NCBI RefSeq assembly: GCF_965233565.1
Contig: NZ_OZ247494.1
Location: forward strand, 4,011,246-4,075,245
DNA length: 64,000 nucleotides
Source of the DNA: Roseibium sp.
GTDB taxonomy: Bacteria > Pseudomonadota > Alphaproteobacteria > Rhizobiales > Stappiaceae
Direction: 5' to 3'
This document shows positions 19,701 through 28,700 of this stretch, piece by piece. Under the pieces are notes generated by a model. That model ran no database searches. It saw only the letters and a program-made list of their open reading frames with translations, and was not told where the DNA came from. Position 1 is the first letter of the stretch, and each line of letters starts with the position of its first letter. The translations under genes were made by a program, and so were the position numbers.

Positions 19701-22700
19701 GCCGATCTCGAAGAATATGACACATTGTATCTGACGGGCGGGATCAGGACGACCGACGTCACGGTCGAACGGTCTGCCGACGGCAACGACCTGATCCTGA
19801 AAGTAGGAGACGGCGGTGACCAGATCACACTGGAGGACCGTCTTGTTTCGGGAACGGCAGGGGTTGACCTTGTATCCTTCGATGACGGCACTGTCTGGAA
19901 CTATGACGCTCTGCTTCGCTTGTCAGACGGCACTCAACTGGCGGCTCCGGTCGCTGCCGATGATGTGCTCTACCGAGCGCCGGGGGCTCAATGGCTGTCG
20001 ATTGACATTCAAAGTCTGCTGATCAACGACACGGATGCGGATGGTGATATCCTATTCATTCAGTCGTTCGGAACCGTGTCGCAAGGCACGGTGGCGTTCG
20101 ACGAATTTGGAGGCATCCTGCTTGGCGACGAAGCCGGGTTTGGGACAGGCGATGTCACGTTCACCTATACCGTCAGTGACGGCCTTCAGACCGCTGAAGC
20201 GACGGTTACGGTTCGGATCGGCGACTTTGTCAACACATCTCCAATTGCCACGGACGATGACGGCTTGAGCGTCCTTCAGGGCGCTGCCTTGATCGTCTCG
20301 GCGGCCGAATTGCTTGCAAACGATACCGATCTCGACGGTGATGCCATCGGCATCCAGTCTGTCGGCGCCGCTCAGAACGGCATTGTGGAGCTTGATCCGC
20401 ACGGAAACATCCGGTTCGTTCCGAACGCGAATTTCGTCGGCTCAACTTCTTTTGACTATACCGTCTCCGACGGCCGTGGCGGCACCGCAACGGCTACGGT
20501 GGTCGTTGAGGTGCTTGGCGATGCAAACGATGCTCCCATCGTTGTCACGCCAATGGGTGCCCACACGATCGATGAAGACAACACGGTCCTCCTGACCGTG
20601 CCACAGGCCACGTTCCATGACGCGGATGGTGACGTGTTGACATATAGCGCAGCGCTTTCCGACGGGAGCCCGCTGCCTGCGTGGCTGACCTTTGACCCTG
20701 AGACGCGGGTGTTCTCCGGCACGCCGCCGCAGGACTTCAATGGCACCCTTTCATTGAAGGTGATTGCAAGCGACGGCGAGGCCTCGGCCGAAGAGATCTT
20801 TGACCTGGTGATCAACCCGGTCAATGATGCGCCGGAGCTGCAAACAGCAATCGCTGATCAGGCTGCTGCGGAAGACAGCGCCTGGACCTTTACGCTTCCG
20901 GAAAACACCTTCCTGGACGTGGATGGCGATGCCCTGACCTACAGTGCAACGCTGGTAGACGGCTCTGCCCTGCCGTCCTGGCTGAGCTTCGACGCGGCCA
21001 CACGAACCTTCTCCGGCACGCCGCCGCAAGACGGCGCGGGAACGCTTTCGCTGAAGGTTGTGGCCAGTGACGGTGAAGCCTCGGTGGAAGACACGTTCGA
21101 TCTGGTGATCGGCCGGGTCAATGACGCGCCTGTTGTTTCCAATGCCATTGCAAACCAGTCCGTTGACGAAGACACCGCTTGGAGCTTTACGGTTCCCGAG
21201 GGCACGTTCACCGATGCCGATGGCGACGCGCTCACCTACAGCGCTACGCTCGGCGACGGCTCTGCCCTGCCGTCCTGGCTGAGCTTCGATGCCACCGCGC
21301 GGACCTTCTCCGGTACGCCGCCGCAAGACTTCAACGGTACCGTTTCATTGAAGGTTGTGGCCTCTGACGGCACTGAGACGGGAGAGGACGTCTTTGATCT
21401 GGTGATCAACCCGGTCAACGATGCGCCGGAGCTGGAAACAGCAATCGCTGATCTGGCTGCTGCGGAAGACAGTGCCTGGACCTTTACGCTTCCGGAAAAC
21501 ACCTTCCAGGACGTGGATGGCGATGTCCTGACCTACAGTGCAACGCTTGAGGACGGCTCGGCTTTGCCGTCCTGGCTGAGCTTCGATGCGGCCACCCGGA
21601 CCTTCTCCGGCACCCCGCCACAAGACGGCGCGGGAACGCTTTCGCTGAAGGTTGTGGCCAGTGACAGTGAAGCCTCGGTGGAAGACACGTTCGATCTGGT
21701 GATCGGCCGGGTCAATGACGCGCCTGTTGTTTCCAGCGCCATTTCAAACCAGTCCGTTGACGAGGACACCTCGTGGAGCTTCACGGTTCCCGAGGGCACG
21801 TTCACCGATGCCGATGGCGACGCGCTCACCTACAGCGCTACGCTCGGCGACGGCTCTGCCCTGCCGTCCTGGCTGAGCTTCGATGCGGCCACCCGGACCT
21901 TCTCCGGCACGCCGCCGCAAGACTTCAACGGCACTGTTTCATTGAGGGTTGTAGCCTCCGACGGCACTGAGACGGGAGAGGACGTCTTTGATCTGGTGAT
22001 CAACCCGGTCAACGATGCGCCGGAGCTGGAAGCGGAAATTGCAGATCAGAGCGCGGCGGAAGACGTAGCCTGGAGCTTCACGGTCCCGGCGGATGCCTTC
22101 GCCGATATTGACGGCGATGCCCTGACCTACAGTGCAACGCTGGGGGACGGCTCGGCTTTGCCGTCCTGGCTGAGCTTCGATGCGGCCACCCGGACCTTCT
22201 CCGGCACCCCGCCGCAAGATGGCGCGGGAACACTCTCGCTGAAGGTTGTGGCCAGCGACGGTGAAGCCTCGGCGGAAGACACGTTCGACCTGGTGATCGA
22301 CCGGGTCAATGACGCGCCTGTCGTTGCCAGCGCCATTGCGGACCAGTCCGTTGACGAAGACACCGCTTGGAGCTTCACGGTTCCCGAGGGTACGTTCACC
22401 GATGCCGATGGCGACGCGCTCACCTATAGTGCAACGCTCGGCGACGGCTCGACCTTGCCGTCGTGGCTGAGCTTCGATGCCGCCACGCGGACCTTCTCCG
22501 GCACGCCGCCGCAGGACTTCAACGGCACTGTTTCGTTGAAGGTTGTGGCCTCTGACGGCACGGAGACGGGTGAGGACATCTTTGACCTGGTGATCACCCC
22601 GGTCAACTCTGCCCCAATTGTTGCTGCCTCGATTATCGATCAGGTTGGAACGGAGAGTGAGGCCTGGAGCTACACTGTTCCGGCCGATGCCTTCACCGAC

Positions 22701-25700
22701 GCGGATGGCGATGCGCTGACTTACAGCGCGACGCTTGCCGATGGCTCAGCGCTTCCGGTCTGGCTGTCGTTTGATGCTTCGACGCGGACTTTCTCCGGAA
22801 TACCGCCGCAGGAGGCTGTGGGGACACTGTCTCTGAAGGTAATCGCTTCTGACGGCTCGGCGTCTGCGGAAGATGTTTTTGATCTGGTGATTGCTGTGTC
22901 TGGTGAAGTCACCAGCAACACGATCGAAAAAGTATCGGGTGGCTCCGACTGGTACAACGGTTTGGCAGCCTCGGTGGAGGCTCTTGTTGGCGCCGGCTAT
23001 ATCCAGTCGACAGCAGTGGATGCCGGCAAGAAGGTCGACATCGGTGCGTCGGTTGCCGGCAGCCAGAACGATACCTCGATTGATTTTTACATCTGGCTGA
23101 CGGGCAGCGAGATCCGCATCAAGGAAAACGGTTCGGTCGTTGCCACAGTCGGCAGCTATGCCGATGGCGACACCTTTGCGATCGAACGTCTTGAGGATGG
23201 TACGCTGCAGTACCTGAAGAACGGCACGGTGCTCTACACCAGCAGCACGAAGGTCGATCCATCGATTGCGCTTCATGCCCATATGTCGCTTTACGATGAA
23301 GGCACGGTTCTGGCTGACACAGGCATTTCGACCGGTGGCGGTGCACCGCAGCTGGTCAACTGGCAGCTTGACCCGACCCTGGTGATTTTGGACACGGTTC
23401 CGGTGCCGACCCCGACCTGGACCGGTACGGATGGCGTTGACCAACTCTGGTTGACGGATGCGGATGATGTCATCGATGCCGGCAAAGGCGATGACGACAT
23501 CAACAGCGCCAAGGGCAGCGACACGTTCCTGTGGCGCAAGGGCGATGGCAATGACACGTTCGGCGTATCGGCGGATGCCGGTGACATTGACGAGATCTTC
23601 CTGGTGGATGTCACTCAGGGCGAGGTCGCTCTCGGCGTCGATCCGGACTGGACAAACCACATCACGATCACGATCACGTCCACCGGCGAGGTGATCACGC
23701 TGACGGATCAGCTGGGCAGCGACAACACGGGCTCCCGGTTCGATCAGCTTCGTTTTGCCAATGGCGAGACGTGGGATTTTGCCATGCTGGCGGAGCGGGC
23801 CACCATGGCCGGAAACACCATCGAGAAGATCTCTGGTGGTGATGACTGGTACAACGGCTTGGCTGCCTCCATGGAAAGCCTGACGGGTGCCGGCTACATC
23901 CAGTCGACGGCTGTCGATGCCAGTGCACATCTAGATATCGGCGCGTCGATTGCCGGCAGCCAGGATGATACGTCGATTGACTATTACATCTGGCTGAGGG
24001 GCGGCAACGAGGTCCGCATCAAGGAAAACGGTTCTGTTGTGGCCACTTTCGGCGGCTATTCCGATGGCGACACGTTTGCGATCGAGCGTCTGGCGGATGG
24101 TAGCCTGCAATATCTGAAGAACGGTTCGGTGTTTTACACCAGCTCGACGACGGTTGACGTCTCGACACCGCTGCATGCGCACATGTCGCTCTATACCGAA
24201 GGCAGCAAGCTTGCCAATACGGTCATCTCCACCGGAGGCGGCGAGCCGCAGCTGGTCCACTGGGTCCTCGACGATACGCTCGACGTGGTGGGAGACAATG
24301 GCAACTCTGCCCCAATTGTTGCTGCCTCGATTGTCGATCAGATAGGAACGGAGAGTGAGGCCTGGAGCTACACTGTTCCGGCCGATGCCTTCACCGACGC
24401 GGATGGCGATGCGCTGACTTACAGCGCGACGCTTGCTGATGGCTCAGCGCTTCCGGTCTGGCTGTCCTTTGATGCTTCGACGCGGACTTTCTCCGGAACA
24501 CCGCCGCAGGAGGCTGTGGGGACACTGTCTCTGAAGGTGATCGCTTCTGACGGCTCGGCGTCTGCGGAAGATGTTTTTGATCTGGTGATTGCTGTGTCTG
24601 GTGAAGTCACCAGCAACACGATCGAAAAAGTATCGGGTGGCTCCGACTGGTACAACGGTTTGGCAGCCTCGGTGGAGGCTCTTGTTGGCGCCGGCTATAT
24701 CCAGTCGACAGCGGTGGATGCCGGCAAGAAGGTCGACATCGGTGCGTCGGTTGCCGGCAGCCAGAACGATACCTCGATTGATTTTTACATCTGGCTGACG
24801 GGCAGCGAGATCCGCATCAAGGAAAACGGTTCGGTCGTTGCCACAGTCGGCAGCTATGCCGATGGCGACACCTTTGCGATCGAACGTCTTGAGGATGGTA
24901 CGCTGCAGTACCTGAAGAACGGCACGGTGCTCTACACCAGCAGCACGAAGGTCGATCCATCGATTGCGCTTCATGCCCATATGTCGCTTTACGATGAAGG
25001 CACAGTGCTGGCTGACACAGGCATTTCGACCGGTGGCGGTGCACCGCAGCTGGTCAACTGGCAGCTTGACCCGACCCTGGTGATTTTGGACACGGTTCCG
25101 GTGCCGACCCCGACCTGGACCGGTACGGATGGCGTTGACCAACTCTGGTTGACGGATGCGGATGATGTCATCGATGCCGGCAAAGGCGATGACGACATCA
25201 ACAGCGCCAAGGGCAGCGACACGTTCCTGTGGCGCAAGGGCGATGGCAATGACACGTTCGGCGTATCGGCGGATGCCGGTGACATTGACGAGATCTTCCT
25301 GGTGGATGTCACTCAGGGCGAGGTCGCTCTCGGCGTCGATCCGGACTGGACAAACCACATCACGATCACGATCACGTCCACCGGCGAGGTGATCACGCTG
25401 ACGGATCAGCTGGGCAGCGACAACACGGGCTCCCGGTTCGATCAGCTTCGTTTTGCCAATGGCGAGACGTGGGATTTTGCCATGCTGGCGGAGCGGGCCA
25501 CCATGGCCGGAAACACCATCGAGAAGGTCTCTGGTGGTGATGACTGGTACAACGGCTTGGCTGCCTCCATGGAAAGCCTGACGGGTGCCGGCTACATCCA
25601 GTCGACGGCTGTCGATGCCAGTGCACATCTAGATATCGGCGCGTCGATTGCCGGCAGCCAGGATGATACGTCGATTGACTATTACATCTGGCTGAGGGGC

Positions 25701-28700
25701 GGCAACGAGGTCCGCATCAAGGAAAACGGTTCTGTCGTGGCCACTTTCGGCGGCTATTCCGATGGCGACACGTTTGCGATCGAGCGTCTGGCGGATGGTA
25801 GCCTGCAATATCTGAAGAACGGTTCGGTGTTTTACACCAGTTCGACGACGGTTGACGTCTCGACACCGCTGCATGCGCACATGTCGCTCTATACCGAAGG
25901 CAGCAAGCTTGCCAACACGGTCATCTCCACCGGAGGCGGCGAGCCGAAGCTGGTCCACTGGGTCCTCGACGATACGCTCGACGTGGTCGATTCACCCAAC
26001 TCTGCCCCGGTTGTTTCAGGCTCCATTTCGGACCAGTCCATTGGTGAAGATACGGCGTGGAGCTTCTCGGTTGCGGCCGATGCGTTCTCCGATGCCGACG
26101 GGGACTCCCTCACTTACAGTGCAACGCTTGGCGATGGTTCGGCTTTGCCGGCCTGGTTGAGCTTCGATGCGGCCACGCGGACCTTCTCCGGCACCCCGCC
26201 GCAGGACTTCAACGGCACGATCACCCTGAAGATTGTGGCCTCTGACGGCGCGGAGACGGCCGAGGATGTCTTTGATCTGGTGATCGACCCGGTCAATGAC
26301 GCGCCGGTTGTTGTCTATGATGTGCCGGACTTGTCCCTGGAGGAGGATACGGCCTGGTCCTACACCATTCCGGAGTTCCCGTTCTCGGACCCGGAAGGCG
26401 ATCAAATCACGGTGACGGCGGCACTGGCCGACGGGTCACCGCTGCCGTCCTGGTTGAATTTCAATCCCGGCAACGGCCAGTTTTCGGGAACACCGCCACA
26501 GAACTACCATGGCACATTGTCACTGAAGCTGATCGGGTCCGACGGTACGGACAGTACCGAGGAATTCTTCGATATCGTGGTCAACTCTGTGAATGACGCT
26601 CCGGTCCTTGCAGTCCCTGTGAATGACCAGGGCGCGGTGGAAAATGCGACCTGGAGCTTCACGGTTCCTGCGGATGCCTTCACCGATATCGATGGCGATG
26701 CCCTGAGTTACAGTGCAACGCTTGAGGACGGCTCGGCTTTGCCGTCCTGGCTGAGCTTCGATGCGGCCACCCGGACGTTCTCCGGCAGCCCGCCGGCAGG
26801 GACGGCAGGTACGCTCGCGCTCAGGATTATCGCATCCGACGGCTCTGTCTCCGCTGAAGATGTCTTCAACCTGGAGATTGAGGCGGACAGCTCGACTGAA
26901 GCAGATATTCTGGGCACCGCAGATGCCGATACCCTTGACGGGACGTCGGCTGATGAAGTGATTGCTGGCCTTGCGGGTAACGACACCATAAATGGCGGCG
27001 CGGGCGATGACACGCTCGATGGCGGCGAGGGGGATGATAATCTCAACGGCAGCAGTGGCAACGACACTTACATCTATCGTCTGGGCGACGGGGCCGACAC
27101 GATCACGGAGACCTATTCAAAGGGCAGTGCCGATCGCCTGGAACTGGGCAGTGGAATCCTTGCTTCAGAAGTGACGGCGACACGCAGTGCCAGCGACAAG
27201 GATGACATCACCCTTCATTTCACTGACGGTGGCTCCATTTTCCTCAATGAGCACTTCTACGACGCCTACAACCGGCAACACGCGGGTGTGGAACAGATCG
27301 CCTTTGCCGATGGAACCGTCTGGGGTGCTGCCGACATCATGTCGCATTATTTCGACAATGCCATCAGCGCAGGAAACGATACGGTCATTGGGTTCAATCA
27401 AGCCGATGACGTGATCGATACAGGCGCTGGCGACGATCTTATCACCACCTATGCCGGAGCCGATGTGATCACCGGTGGCCTGGGCAACGACGAAATCCAT
27501 GGCGGTGCCGGAGACGACGTCTATTTCTACAATCTCGGTGACGGCAATGACACGATCGTTGAGACCTACAACAACGGGTCTGGTGACAGACTTGAGTTAG
27601 GAGCCGGGATTAATGCGGCTGATGTTACGATCACACGCAGTGCCAGTGACAAGGATGACATCACCCTTCATTTCACTGACGGTGGCTCCATCTTCTTCGA
27701 TGAACACTTCTACGACGCCTTCAACCGGAAACAGGCGGGTGTGGAACAGATCGTCTTTGCCGGCGGAACCGTCTGGGGTGCTGCCGACATCATGTCGCAT
27801 TACTTCGGCAATGCCATCAGCGCGGGAAACGATACGGTCATTGGGTTCAACCAGGGCGATGACGTGATCGACACAGGCGCTGGCGACGATCTCATCACCA
27901 CCTATGCCGGAGCCGATGTGATCACCGGTGGCCTGGGCAACGACGAAATCCATGGCGGTGCCGGAGACGACGTCTATTTCTATGACCTCGGTGACGGCAA
28001 TGACAAGATCGTTGAGACCTACAACAACGGGTCTGGTGACAGACTTGAGTTAGGAGCCGGGATTAATGCGGCTGATGTTACGATCACTCGCAGTGCCAGT
28101 GACAAGGATGACATCACCCTTCATTTCACTGACGGCGGCTCCATTTTCCTCGATGAACACTTCTACGACGCCTTCAACCGGAAACAGGCGGGTGTGGAAC
28201 AGATCGCCTTTGCCGGCGGAACCGTCTGGGGTGCTGCCGACATCATGTCGCATTACTTCGATAATGCCATCAGCGCAGGAAACGATACGGTCATTGGGTT
28301 CAACAAAGGCGATGATGTGATCGACACAGGCGACGGCGACGATCTCATCACCACGTATGCTGGTGCCGATGTGATCACCGGTGGCCTGGGCAACGACGAA
28401 ATTCATGGCGGTGCCGGAGACGATGTCTATATCTACGAGCTAGGCGATGGCAACGACAAGATCATTGAGACCTACAACAACGGGGCCGGTGACAGACTTG
28501 AACTTGGGGCAGGTATTCTTGCTTCGCAGGTCGGGATTCAAATGTCGTCCAGTGACGACGATGACGTGACCCTTCTCTTTGCCGATGGTGGCTCCATTAT
28601 CCTGGACGAACAGTTTTACGACTCCTTCAACCGGAAACAGGCAGGTGTGGAGGAAATCGTCTTTGACGACGGAACAACCTGGTCGCATGACGATCTGCGT

